DNA from: Fimbriosthenelais zetlandica | Lineage: Eukaryota | Direction: 5' to 3' | Assembly (NCBI GenBank): GCA_977030845.1 | Contig: OZ365112.1 | Location: 6,138,001-6,202,000 of the forward strand | DNA: 64,000 nucleotides | In this document: piece by piece, positions 37,315 to 52,205 of the stretch | Numbering within the stretch: the first letter of the stretch is position 1 | How the letters are laid out: every line of letters starts with the position of its first letter | Position numbers and translations under genes: made by a program | Notes under the pieces: generated by a model | Databases searched by the model: none | What the model saw: only the letters and a program-made list of their open reading frames with translations | Told to the model about the DNA's origin: nothing

Positions 37315-39827
37315 TTACTTCCAGATGCTCCTTTTCTTTTCTTTTCTTTTCTTTATTCTGTCCAATTATATAACGTCCATTATTTCCATCCCTGTTCCCC
37401 TTTAATGTATGGGAGTCTTCCTTTCAGTAAGAATCTAAGTAAAGCTCAGTGTCCTGCTATTTGAACTCGGCGTCCAAAGTCTAACCAGCGTCTATCATAC
37501 TTGGTCAACGTCTGGCCGGGCAGGGCGGTCCTTTATTAGAACTGATGCCCACCTTGACCCAGGATAATAGCTGCAATCCAGTGATAAACTGGGCAGACTA
37601 CCAAACAGGAATCTCCGTTTATCAAGGAATAGAACGAATGGAAAATATAACTTTAATGATACAAATATCCTTTCCGTTAAAAATGATACATCGATGGGAA
37701 TAATGGTGACTGCAATTCAAATGTAAGGAACATTGAAATTCTTTCAAGATGCAATTAATCTTACTCAACTGTCCAATACTTATTTATATTGCCAAATCAC
37801 AATCAATTCGAGCTAATAGCACATTTCCCATTAATGGCTTTATAATGTATTAATGATCATCGAAGTGGTGTCAAATGAAATTCAGGGGGTTAGGGTGGGA
37901 TAGAGCTGCAATTTTCTTAATTAGGAACTGATCGATGCAGACAATTATCTTAGTTGTAATCAGAAATGCGCGTAAGAAAAGAAGGCAATGATTTTTCCTG
38001 GAGCTGTAGACAGGGGGACTGGTCTAGTCAATGCTCTGTTGTGAGTGAATTCTGTATTCATTATACAAGTGCAGCAATTATTATGGACCAGTCTCATTGC
38101 CACATCAGGTAAAACCAAGCTCCAACGAGGCATTTACAACTACTACAGTACATCCGATTCAATAGAAAGTAGGCCTAACAAGTATAAAAGATACAATGCG
38201 GAATTCAAACTCTCACATAGCTGCCGGAAGAGTAACAATTGAACTCTAACGAGGCTGGATGGCAATGATTCAGATGGTCCATCAAGGACCTATGTTGGTA
38301 GCACAATGGGAATATAGACCTCGAATGAAACCTGTAATTCCATTTGTCTACACTGAAGTAATGGCCATTATGCGATTACAGATGAACAGTATCTGAATTG
38401 AATGGCATTCAATGGTGAAGCATTGGTTTTGGATGAGCGTGTAAAGGGCCTATCTCAGTATACTACTTACAGTTTAATCAAGGGAATAGAATCTTCTTAC
38501 TTGATTACAGATATAGCCGATCGATGGTGAATGGGAGGGATTGAAGAAGTTTAATGAGCCTTAAAAGCAAAGCTTCCGCGACAGCCTTATCCCTGGCGGC
38601 ATGAATAAAGTAGTTCACTGCTGTTTTTAGTCTGCAGTAAATTTCTTTTCCTATATACCTACATTGAGTAAATACTGGGTCAGTAAGAGGAACATGTGGA
38701 CATGGCTGGATTTGTACAAGAATAAGAGAATATTGGATACATGGATTTGCCATCTCTTCTGGGACCATGTCACATACAGACAGTGTGAGTATGTGTATCA
38801 CGAGCGGCAGACATTAGTTATTCGTGACGTGAACATGATCTATAGATGCTTGATCCTGATCAAGTGGGATACATAATTGGTGAACACGGTCTATCTCTCA
38901 GACCATGCCAAAACTGGCCGCCTCTCACAGCCCCTTACTGTCACCCTGCACCCTCAGCCTGACTAATAGGCAGGATGTAGGGGACGCCTCCTCATACATG
39001 AAATTTGACTCAGTAAATTTACACTGCCTTATACCAAAATATATGACCCCACCCAGGGCAACATATAGGCACAAGTCATCGAAATATACAGCAGGCTCTT
39101 TTTAAGCAAATTTTACACTACTAGGGTACCATACTACTTAGTACCATATTGAACCAAAGACATTTCAAAATGATGTTACTCGTGGAAATGTTTTTTTGGG
39201 AGAGGATAATTTTAAAATGGTACTCTTAAATAATTGAGCTTGGTTAGAGATGGATGGAATGATTCATGGGTGGATCCGGGAGGCTGGTTAATACATGAGG
39301 GGTACAGGCCTGAATGAAGATGTGTTTGTGTGTCATCTATGGATATGATGGACGAGGTCATTAGATAACTGTGTTTTACTAGCAGAATGCGGAACAAGAA
39401 GAAGCGATCCAGCATGAAATAATCTAAACGCTTCAAGAACCATGGCTGGCTGGGGCCTAGACAAACTGGCTTTGTATGGAAATAAGCTGTGACCCACCAG
39501 ACTAAAGACATAAAAGATGTACTCGTGATAGGCTGACTGGCCAGTCACAGACCTGTAAATCATGAGTCAAAGACATACGGGTCTCCGTGGAAGACCACCT
39601 CTCCCGGGCTTTTTTCTCTACATCAATTAATTATAACGCCATTCCATTAATAATATATAATACTAATGTATCACCACTAATGCAATTATGAGCAATACAT
39701 CAGCATTATTGAATTAGTGATACTATTCTAAACTAATTGTTCATGCTTTCCATATTAATTAAAAGACCAGTTTGGCTCTATAGGATGTTAGTGAAAACAA
39801 GCAGAAAATCTCCACTGGCGATCCTAC

Positions 39828-39899
39828 CATCGTAGTCCTCCTCATCGTAGTCCTCATCGTAAATCCAGTCACTCTTGGCTCCTGACCTTTGATCAGAAT
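39828..39899 (-). CDS. Internal coding exon (72 bp, phase 1-1): (D)SDQRSGAKSDWIYDEDYDEEDYD
   Basis: Acceptor aattttacag|AT TCT, donor GAT G|GTAGGA; length divisible by 3, phase matches both neighbours, acidic Tyr-rich composition continues that of the upstream exon. Confidence 0.8.
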
Positions 39900-42800
39900 C
39901 TGTAAAATTAAAAAAAACAAAAAACTATAATCAAATATTACTTCTGATACTTAAGTTTGATATTTGTATTAAACAGTTCTTTGAACGTAACATCTACAAA
40001 ATATACAAGTATTTTCAAAGCTTATTTACTTGAAGACCAGCAAAAGTACCCTCCTGTAAGATTCTTCATGGTGGACTAGCATGCTGGATTTATCCAACAA
40101 AAACCACTAGGTCAACAGGAAATTCGCCTGTCGCCTTTACAGCCTATTGACTGACTTACATGCACGTAATCCTCTCACAGAAAGGGAGGGAAATGGTGTC
40201 TTATTAATCGTCCATTTAACACAGGGGGAATACATGGATTGTGAAAGAGTAATAGATTGTCATTTATCATCCAGCAGAGAGAGAATTACCATGCTTTACA
40301 TGCTGGCATTACGGCATGCTTGCTGCAAGGCAATGCTCCAGTAATTGAGTAATAAAACCTGGAATTACACATCCAGAATACAACATGAATAAAACGCTTC
40401 GGACAGATATCACTCGGGCCTCTTGAATCCATAATTTGTGTCCTTCAGCCCAAGTCCTTCTGCCTATTTTCCTAATCCTGCCAATTTCCCCTCAGATTGG
40501 ACTACCCTGATGAAGCCAGGAGGGAGCTAGAGGTGGATCCGGGGAGGGGGATGAGAGGGAGTGTGCATGTGTATTGAGTGTGTGGGACCTGTGTGATAAG
40601 AGAGGTAAATTGGGTATCAGTGCTGTAACTTAACCATGAGACGGTGTGTGGGTATAAGCCCCCTTGGACGATTGGTATTCCACGGGCTCGTCGAGCATTT
40701 CCTAACAGATCCCTGCCACTGTCAAGGGTGATCCCTGTTCAGGTACAGCCACACCTTGCCATGGTCAATACTGCATACCAATGAGTTCTACTCTGCTACC
40801 CACTGGCTAGTGCATAAATGCGTGGGTTTTCAATGTGTTTCAACAGTATTTCTGAGCATAAACATTCATAATCTCTCAAAATGTTTCAGGATCCGTAGAC
40901 TGAATATTACTGTTTTGAGAGTGAATATAACAAAGATTTAGGGAGGAATACCTTTGACGACTTAAGCCTGTTGGTGCAATCCAAACGTACAATGAAAATG
41001 TTGGTAATTTGTTCCTCAAATACAAGATGACAATTATCATATTGCATGTAAATTATTATTATTATTGGGGAAAAGGAGGTAATAAATTAATGTATGTAGG
41101 GTCTATCTGGTGGTCTAGATAGGGGCGACTACATGGTACATCCATTGACTCTCTGGTAACTGGGTCATACTTATGCCCTCCAGGAGAAGGTTAGCCAGAG
41201 GCTCATGTTCCTGGCCAAGGTTCAAGGACTGTTTCCTCAGGGTCCTTCCTTCTTTTGTTCTCCAATAATGTTACTACTGGAGGTCATAACACGGGAGTGG
41301 CAATCGCATAATAAACCACCAAGTCTAATCAACATTATATATCACTTTAATCAGGGACCAGTCCTATATATAGTGTATCCTTTACATGTATGACCAGGCA
41401 TATTCTGGAAGGTCATTGCTACAGCTAACTACAACGGTATTATCAGTCAGTCAAGGTCGATTTCACATCAGAATCCATCCAATTCCTCCAAGACACCCTC
41501 TTTGCTTCCTGAGCCATTTGACCACTTAACACCAACTTAGATGCTTTATGTTAGATAACCTGATATTATAAAAGACCAATAGTCAACTGATGGAATTATT
41601 CAACCAAGTGTACCCAGCCCCTTATAGTCTAGTCTATAGCGCACACATGGCCGGCAGCCATCTCTCACATCCAGTAAATAGAAGCCTTGCGATTAGCTTC
41701 CCCAAGATCTATATACCCTAGCCCTACAGCTGGCCTGCTAGGCAAGTATTCATCGCTAGGATACAAGCAGAGGAGGGTGAGCGGCTTTAATATATCACTA
41801 TCCTTTACCAACATTCCGCTGCTAAGATCTACACAGACATAGCCAATAGAGAGCAGCAGCATATATCACAGCAGATACCCCGATACATGTATTGGCTTTC
41901 TGAGGTACACGGTATCCCATAATAGGCTAAAGTGGCTAAATGAAAAGCCATCCTGAGACCATATCAGTATCTAACAGCCATGAGGGTATATTAAAAACAG
42001 ATATCAGGTGTATACTGAGAAGCAATGATTTTCGATCACAACTACCAAATGAGCATAGGACTAATGCAGGCTACAACATGGAAGCCACACATATGCAGAT
42101 GATAATATTCTCTCTCCACCCATAGATGAAACAATCATGAACCCCAATAAAAAAGTAATTATCATCCAAGCCCAGGGAATCGCGGACACAAAATGGTTAA
42201 AATTTTCCCTCTAGTTTCCGGCTGAGAAGCATCTGGTCTTCATCGCGAACCAATGGTCCTGAAAGATAAGAACCAAGAGGGAGGCACGCAAGTGCCTTAC
42301 TGGCCTCCCCTCCAGCGACCGATACATCAATACCCGTATACTATAGGTAGCCGGGGGTAGGCCCATCTCTGCCTGACCACGTTCAATGCCAGAAAACCAC
42401 CCCAACCCCTCTAGATTCCGGATTCCTCAGAGATGCATTTGTATATTTTTTGGGGGCCCGTATGAATTAAAGCTGAATTACCCAAACACAAATTCAATGA
42501 CTAGATATATGTAGTGATATATGCCCTGTTTTTTCCTAATTGAATTTCAATAACATGGGTTGTTTATTGACCTAGTAGTATAGCACAGTACATGTAATAT
42601 TTGGACATGTAAGACAAAGTCCATAGCTCTCACATAGATCAGTACTAATGTGGCCACACACTGCATTATTAGGAATACATGAATAGCGTATTGGTTGTGA
42701 AGTCCAGACACTTAGTGATTTCTTCCACCTCATGCATAAACATGAAGGGACCCAATTCCATCAGTTGGACCTTTAGTGTCATACATTTTGTTCAGTCATT

Positions 42801-45800
42801 ATCCAGTTTTTCAATAACGAGTCAAAAGAATCACAGACAGACATACTATTTTTTTAAACAGAAATATGCTACCATATTCTATATAATATATGATATACCG
42901 AAAGGTAAAAAGGTGAGACACAATAATCCTAAATCAGCCTAGAGTGTCAAGTCTAGATAAATGTATCGCCAAAATCAATTACTCCTATCTGACGAATGGT
43001 ATGGCCTTCCCAGCGGCCAAGCCGTAATTCTCGAGAATGATAAACATTTATCTCACCCCAGGGAGCACTTTGGTGCCATGGACTGAATCTACGGTCTCAG
43101 TTACATCCTCAAATTTTTTTCCCCGGATAAATTTCTATTGAATTAACAGTGAAAACAACACCTATATTCATGTCATCGCATTAGCGCCTTTTCGAGTGGG
43201 AACCCAGCAAGCTGCCACTGGTTGCCAATATCCTGATTTCTTTTCTTTCCCATGTAAATGTAGGTTTTGACCCCGCTGACACTAATGGAATGGATTGGTC
43301 TCATTTCCATATCTATCCTCAACACTTCAGCGAACACAGGCAATGACGGCGCCAAAAGCAACCCTAAAACCCCGGCATTCTTTATGATGGAGCGCAAACA
43401 TTTGCCTCCCATGAAAAATCAGATTAGAAACAAGAAAGTATTTACATTGCCAATCTAGGCAATCGGTGGGTTATGGATTTCTTGCTCCGGCATTTCCACC
43501 GAAGCCCGTTCATGAATAGTACAACAAAGGTGGGGTCCCGCAGGCCCATTTGGTTAGAGCATTAATTTTTACTACTTCGGCAGCAGAATTATTTACATCT
43601 ACTGATGTTACTATAGTAGTTCTATGCCCTGTAGAGCAAAGGGCGAGAGACGTCTAGGCCTTTGGCAATAAATACATTATCCTAACAGTTACCAGTGGAC
43701 TGCTTTCACAACTTTGTTGTCCATTACTTGGCTTAAAAATCATCTTCAAGGAAAGAGTGACTTGCTGGCTTTGGAATATTCATTTCGTTTTTCCCATATT
43801 TATTTCGACTGATAAGTCAAATATTTCATTATAAGGAACTGTATTGTCAGCGTGCTATACCAATGGGGCTTTCCTAGTTATGTATTCTGCAATGTAAAAT
43901 ACTGACAGGGGTGCATACAAGATTCTTTGCATACGACTTTAGTAGACTAATTGTGGCCGGCGACGCCATAGCAGGGGCCATTTAGACGAGAGCCATAAAG
44001 GGCTGTAGAGGGACGGATTCCTCCAGCCTGCATGATCCCAATGCCAAAGGTCCCAACCATTGCTGGGTTATGTATGGGTCAATATCCTCAGTGCAACTTA
44101 CCCATACCCTCATACACACAATACATCTACTGGTCAAATGGCCAGCGTGGACATTCTATCATCTATTGAATTCCTTCCCAACACGATAAAGTGAGAGAAA
44201 GGTCTGTGCAATGGAGGCAATGGACGAGCAAGAGTTAGAAGGGCAGGTCCCAGCGAAATGCATCAAATCTTTGGGCTTTCACCGCTAGAAAGATGCAACT
44301 AAATTGCGGTATAGGGACTTGGGCGGGCATGCAGTTAAATGTATATAAATGGGAGGTGGACGTGACCCTGTGGTGGAGGTGTCAGGGGGTTCGCTCATGT
44401 AGCCACAGACTCGCCACTTGTCTTCTAGCCAGCGACTGGATCCCCCTTGCGAACTGTGCCCCAAAAGTCCTGGCCTCTATTTAATGTGCCCGCAATGGGG
44501 TTCGCATGTTTCTAAAGGCTGCGAATCAGGGCATCGTAAGATACAAGCCTTTTTTATTGAAACAAGGCAATATTACATTAGTGAAAAGGCTTTTTGGCAA
44601 TTGGACATAACTAGAATAGGGGATTTGGCAGCGTCCAGATTAGAAAAATAGTCTGTGCAGTTCATGTACTAGGTTTGATGTCTACACTTGATAACACATG
44701 ATACAGAGGAAGCACCCAGATGCAAGCCTAATGTATTAACCTCAGGACTAGTTATAGAAGGAACCTCGGAGAATTAATTTAAGGCGGACTTCCATGGATA
44801 ATTACCATCCCATTTTCATCCTCATTACATTGATTGTATATATATATGTTCTCAAATTTATGTAATTATGTTCACTCTCTTGTTAAATGTCTAGATGACA
44901 ATATTTATTCCTTAATGAAGTAATTAATGTCTCTCTACATTAAAAATATGATAATTCTAGTTTAAAAAATGCATTGTACATATGGAAGACCGACCAATTT
45001 TGTGCCGAATATGTGCAATAAAAATCTCAACTCAATTGTCATAACGAATCTGGCGGAAAGCAATGAACTGTCGTAATGTTAACTGATCTATCTCCAGAGA
45101 ATCATTAAGACACGTAACCCACAAAGCCTCGTCCAATATAACCACCTCCATCCATGCAATGCCAGTCTCCAATATCCCCCAATACACATACAAATAACAC
45201 CTCTCAACTCCTACGACAATTACACTCAATAAAGACACTGTCGAGACAATTGAAATGCAGCGATCGAAGGAGATGACAAAGTAACGAACTGAGCAGAAAA
45301 AGGTTGAATATTTTTTTCCACAAAGCACCTGACTCTTTCACAAGCTTCCATTAAATTATTATGACTTACTTAATGGGAGAGGAGCGTGGGAAATGCTGCT
45401 CCTCATGAGATCTATGAACTTGAATTGAATGTGGCGGAAGCACGCACAGCTATTCACCGGATCTCCAGCTCAAACAATGTTTGCATCTTGTGTGAATTGA
45501 ACACAATCTTCCAAAAGTCCCGACCAACACATTATGCAAGTCACGGAAAGTCTTTGTTTCAATAATAAACAAAAGAAACAATTCTGCGAGGCCGGGAATA
45601 AATATTGGTTCAGGCCATTAAACACCGGCATTAGGCATGAATTCATGCATTAATAATACTTGATAAAATGCTCATTACTTTCAGTTATGTTGACATAGGT
45701 TTTAAAAGTTTCAATTATCAATCAAAAGCAATTCTAGCCACAGCTTTTTGGGGGTAAAATTTCACATGATATATATGAATAAAATGCTTTAAGTCAGCAA

Positions 45801-48800
45801 TAATCTTTTTTATTTTATGCCAGCTTATGACTTCGCCCTCGAAGAGGCAATATTTTGAAGGGGCGAATATGGAGAGATGTTAGGCCTACAGCAATCACCA
45901 TGAAGCATGATGAAGAGAAAAGAGCTGGGCTTACAAAGATACATGACGGATCATTGATCCATTGAAATAAACAGCGCTGAGAGTACACATGTTTGCATTA
46001 TGACTTCACGATGGCTTGAGGCGGAGCCTGTGAACGTCTCTACATACATGGCTCTCATTGATCAGTAAAATGTCATACGAGCATGGCTGATGAAACATAC
46101 CCACTTCTTTTATCAATGAAATTAAATCCTTTTAGCAATTACGTGTTGCTACACATGTATGATCATTTAAGGGATATTTCATATGCGCGATGCCACAAGG
46201 CAATATGGTCCAAAGTGCATTAAATCATGTATTCTCGCTGGTTTTGGAATTGGAGGGAAAATAGGCAAAGAACTGGGAATTGCCATCATTCTTGTTCAAA
46301 TTATGCCGAGTGACAAGTGAAAGGAGCCTCAGTGTGTGAATGTAGAGAGGGGGAGATCAGCTCTACAGGAGGGATGATGGATGACCTCACGGGGCTAAAA
46401 CTGACCTCCTGATTTAGTAGATAAATGGTTCAGTCCTGATAGAGCCTAATGGGAAAACTCTGTCACGGTCAAGCGCTAAATGTGATTGAAGCTTCCTTCC
46501 CATCAATGTACCTACTTCGACGGTCTTTTTCCATGATTATGCTACGAGAGATTGTGTCCAATTTGAGGAAATTGTTTGGCCTTCACATAAGTGATCCTCA
46601 TGCCATTTACAGGATTAGAGAAGACAAGAGGCTGTGTGCTTTGGTTCGGGAATCACCGATTGAAAGCATTGAGCCCGGAAATGGAAAATTCAGATTTGGT
46701 AGCGTATTGGAATCTGTGTAACCCCAATAGACGACGATATGCACCATTTGATATGCACAGTTTAACTACTTTTACCTCGTTAAGTTCCGTCAGAAAGTAT
46801 GCTGTTTTTTTTCTAATTTAACAAGATGACGATTTGCGCAAAAATGAAAGGCCCTTGAGTCACTTATACTTCACTCTTCATCTTTTAATTTTGAGAGAAG
46901 TACAGATTAGGAAGGTAAAATCCACAGCACTTAACATTCCATGTGACAAATCCCCTGCTGCGGACGGAGTGGGGGGGGGGGGGGTGCTTGTTACCTACGG
47001 ATTATACACCATCATGGGGATGAGCTCCTTAACAAAATGGCGCGTGTTAAGCAAAGGTAATCCTGCTGATTGATCAGGATGTGGAGCCTCATTAAATAGA
47101 CGAGACTAGGAGCCAAGGACGGGGGTGAACAAGGTGGATGACTTCAAGAGTTTTAAGAGAATTGATCTTTGTGATTGGATAGCATCTACATACACAATAT
47201 AAGCCTGTAATCACTCAAATTCATATATAGCAGAGAAAGGATGATCAATGTGTCTCAAAAGAGCATGCAGTAAGGAGGTCTGGGTGGATGAGTCAATGTA
47301 CATGTGATAAGTCAGGGTAGACAAGCTGGCGTGAGGCCATGTATATACTCTCAGCCATATGGATGAGTTAGCACGCCTCAACTTCATTACGTTAGTCGTT
47401 ACCAGGCCCTGACATTAGACCGTCCGCCATAATCTCCCTCCAATCGCCAGGTCAGCTCTGGCATTTATGGATTAAGCCATTTCCCTCCTTAAAGAACAGC
47501 AAGGCATTGCTGATCCCATGCCTACAGAACATAATCCATCAACAAACTGACGCTTTTGGGTCAATAGGTTTTCCAAGGGACAATACCCAAAGCAGCAGGG
47601 GGCTGGACAGCTGCATTGAAGGGGAAGTGAAGAGGAAAGAAAAAAACTGTAAAAAACAAACTGGGGGTGATCTGTACTGAGAGTTTTAAAGCCCTCAGCT
47701 CGTGTATACACAGAAAAGACTAATATGGTGTTCTCAGACGGGTCAGGCCCCTCGCTTGTCACTGTCCCTCTCTGATAATCCCTCCCTGGGTAAATGGTGG
47801 TTTGATAAAAGCATGTCCAGGGACTCACCACTGTCCACCACCGTATAATGGATAGTGTCCTTGGGTGGGAACAACATGCATGTCATCCCAGGTTGGCCAT
47901 ATATTCATATAACAGAATTTAACCATGTATATCTTTGCAATACCTCTTCAATCTAGATGAAACACAATACAAAAAAAACCACCTATCTTCATATATTATA
48001 CTGAAACATGTATTTCAGAGCACGTGCGTATATTTAACATGCCCGAGGGATCGAGATTGAGAAAGAAGAATGAACCAGGCTCATATTAACACTATAATAG
48101 AAAATGAAGAATGAAAATATGCGGTACAAAGGTAAGCCTTCAGGGACGGTCTATAAGGTATAGGGGAATGTAATGAGGAGCTATATATAGACTATATATA
48201 ACTGTGGAGGGGAAGAGGTCCCATGAGAAGCCAGGTGTGACCGGCTATCAGCTAACAACGCCTACATGTCCTTCACCCTGGCTTCCCCGGGTCCGGGCCA
48301 CACAGGGGATCCAGGCTGCCTTCCCAAGGCCGAGCTGGCTTCAGGGATATATCACCTATCTATATAGAGGTTAAGTATGGTTATGGGGGCCGCCATAAAG
48401 CTATTTAAATGAATAATTGAAGAGCAGGTAAAAAGCACCAAAAGGCAAGTGGGAAAAGCTTTCATATAGATGGAATCTGAAGGATAAATCAAATCTATAG
48501 CATCGTTGGGGGGACGGAGAGGCAGGGAGAGATAGAGAGCACAAAAGAGAGAATAGGCAAGATAAAAGCCCTATATATAGAGATATTGATATCTAGTATA
48601 AGAAAAATCGGTTGGAAATAACATTTAAAGGGTTTTAAATCTTATAAAAGTATGAAATTCCATAAATCTATTCACATCTCCATATTTATAACCTGCCTGT
48701 AAGCCTGCTGAGTATACGCTTGGCCCACAGATTGCCAATAAAGCTCGGTCTAGTAAGGATATCAGGGCCACTTAGAGACATTCCATAAAACAATCGCGAC

Positions 48801-51707
48801 TGCTGCTATCCGCCCATAAAGTAGCAGGCAGGGAGCTTATAATGTGGGTGATGGCGGGGTATAGGAGGGGAAACGTGCCGCAGCTTTTCTCCCCTTTTCA
48901 TGCACTACTCACTCAAGCCGCTCGCCTCCTTCTTGAGTATCCATAGTAGTATAGGGCAAAATGGTAAAGTACCAGGCTAACGGACCATATCACTAATGTA
49001 AAATGACAGGAAAACGTTAAAATAATTTAATTTTAAATATCTTATTATGGTGATAGCAGTAAGATAGTCTCATGATCTAGTTTTACTTCCAGTTATAACA
49101 GAAGAGTGATGCAAGACCTAATGCTGATTATGCCCGTGCCTGCAAAGCATGTACAGAGCTGAAATTCAATAGCAGTTACATCTGTATACATGGACAGGAA
49201 GGAAGATGGATATGTATCAAGTGGCCCGTGAGCTTCACAATGGGCATCTTGAAGCTGAGACATGACTGTCTCAACCAGCATCCTGGGAACAGCACAAATG
49301 CCAGACACCAAGATGTGAGGCTTACTGCTAGCTAGCTGAATGACAGGACTGGACAAACTAAACAAGTTACTTCTGAGACTTATATATAATCAATACTCAT
49401 GATGGAGGACCATTCACCTCCCTTGTTGGCAATGCTTGGAACTGCTACACAAAAGTGAAAATCGGGATTGGATGCTTGGTGTTCATGACCGTGCACATGT
49501 GCGGGTGTATGGAAGGCACAATAGGGATATGCACAGTCCGCTTCTGGACCGGAAATCCATGAAAATTAATCCTATTTTCCAGACCAACTGTAATGAACTT
49601 CCACTTCATACTCCCGTCTGCCAAGGAAACTTTTAGGAAGTTTGCAACTAAGTAGCCGAACATATGTGGAGATGGACCATGAGAAAGCATATAAAGCTTG
49701 AATTTGTTGGTACTGTAGTAGATTTCCCAGTATCATATCCCTCTTTAGAAATGTAACACTAGCCTAATGTATACTTCTTTTATATACATGCTCTTCAGAT
49801 ATATATTTCTCAGTGCAAGTAATCATCCAGAGCTTGGAAAGGGACCAAATCCAATCTGGAGGGTCTGAGGCGAGCAGGCGGAAAAACCAATTAAATATCA
49901 TATATCAACAGAGAAAACCTTGACCCACTTGCATCGTCCCAACACATATAACTCATCTGATATAAATCAGTGGTAAAATATCAGATATTCTGTCTGATTA
50001 GATCATGTAACTGTCAGTTTTTAGAAGATAAACTTGGGAGAGGGCCATAAAGTCAGGTTCCCCCTATCCAGACGTCTCCGCACCTATAGCAGTGTCCCTT
50101 TAATAGGGCCAATCGTGCTCCTAATGCCAACTGTCCCTCTGTGCTGGTTAAACCATACCATCTTCTCTGGGATAGGGGTAATGCGTAGCCTCAAGGGGCA
50201 ATTTGTAGTCTTGTCCCATCCAGCCGTGCCTAGGATAGCCCACTGCCTGTATCCAAATACATGAGACTGGCTGAGGCCTGGGGAGGTATGAGGACGGTGG
50301 GAGGCCAGAGGGCCATGTCACCTTATGGGTGTTAACAGTGGTACAGAAATACCGTCACAGAGAAATCGCTATCAAAGAGCAACTCCACAATGCTCCAAAC
50401 ATTAAGAGCCCATTAAGGGGGCTACAGCTCTATAGTATAGGATGAGGAGATGGAGGCAATTATACTAACCAGATGTGAAATACTCAATATAAGCAATAAG
50501 CAGTATCATATAGCAGATATTCACATTTTATGGTCCCATATTTTTTCCAGTATTGTAGCTGGGAATAGTGAAGAGTCCGAAACATGATCCAACTGAATTA
50601 TCATACAGACTGGGAGTGGGAAAAATGGTCCACTATAAAGTCTGTCACATAGTCCCATTGAGAGCGGGATTTATACTGCTCATTTCACAAGCTGTTCCAT
50701 TGAGCAGCTCATTTGAGAGCTGGTTTCATGGCGGGGGATGGAAGACCATTTGGTATTAAAGGCTTGCTGAACCAGGCAACAAACATTGTGGTTTAGACGC
50801 CTGTAAATAATTACATATGTATTGTAGTCCTGATAGCATTGCTGCTCTGCTTCAGTACAAGGCAGTCAACTTCATGAATACAAATTCATTCTACAAATAC
50901 ACCACGGACAATCGATACATACATGGCTGCCATCCTCCCATATAGCTGTCTGTACCATGGGGCTACTGCTCCGAAACATATTGGGTTCCTACGTTCCACT
51001 GATAACTTTCCTGCATGGTTGACTCGCTTTTTGAACAAGATCTGAAAATTTGCTTTTCCCAGAGATGATTGTATTTTACAAGGCAATAAAGCATTACATT
51101 ACGGTACTGATTGTGGGGGCATTCGACCTGTGTACAGAAAAATAGAGACTCTAGCTGTGACTCTAGACGTTTCTATCTCTCTCTATATATTGCATTGCGA
51201 GACAAGAATCATGGACATATTGCTTTCAGGACAGAACTAACAGCAAATTGGACACAGAACAGAACAAGACCTTGATGTAACAAGCACATCAAATGAGCAT
51301 TCCTGCAAGGTAAAAGAAGGCTATATGGCATAGCTTACGGCAGCAGATTTTGATGACAAGACTCTGATCTAATAACTTTTAATCATACAGGGTTATTTCC
51401 GTTCAAGGTTGAAGGCACATCAGGCAGAAATGACAGATGGAAATTAAAATCTTAGATCAGAAAATCCATCTGGGCCCGCTTGTTCTTGTAGTAGTTTTAA
51501 AATAATTTGTTGCGCGACAAATCTGTTTAATTAGGAATGATCAGATTGTAGGTTCAAGTACAGATAGTAGTAAAAACTGCAGCTCATGATATTCTAATGC
51601 GAGTCATCTAATGACTTGCCTTTAATCTATATACCTTTCATCATGCAACAAAAATCGGAGACTTAAATCCATTGAAACCTAAAGTCAGACACGCTAACCA
51701 TCGAGTT

Positions 51708-52205
51708 ATGAAACTTTGCAAGAATTGCAAGTCATGAATATCTAGTGGATATCTCTAATGACTTGGTACATTAATTGGATACCTACCAGGGACCACTGCC
51801 TTGTAATTCTTGCAGCGATTCTTGCATACGGTGCTTGTCTACAAGAGAATCGACTGCAAGTTCATCAATTTCTGCTAGAAATGGTATGTTGCCAGAATTG
51901 GAAGGCAAATTTTAGCAATTGGCATCTCCCTCAACAGAATGTGGACCCCCATGCACCCGGTCCATGTAGGTGACTGTAGGTAACCCCAGCCCCTTTCTTT
52001 GTGGGGAGGCATTGGACAACATGCGCATGAAAATTTGCAAGAATTGCAAGTCATGAATATCAAGTGGATATCTCTTATGACTTGGTATATAAATTGGATA
52101 CCTACAAGGGACCATTGCCTGGTGATTCTTGCAGAGATTCTCGCAAATGGTGTTTGTCTACAAGACCATAGACTGCAAGTGCCTCAATTTCTGCTGGAAA
52201 ATGTT
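51708..52205. repeat. Diverged direct duplication of ~180 bp (offset 319 bp) in an intron
   Basis: atgaaa(c/a)tttgcaagaattgcaagtcatgaatatc... at 51708 and 52027; both give similar spurious ORFs (MTWYINWIPTRDHCLVILA). Confidence 0.85.
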
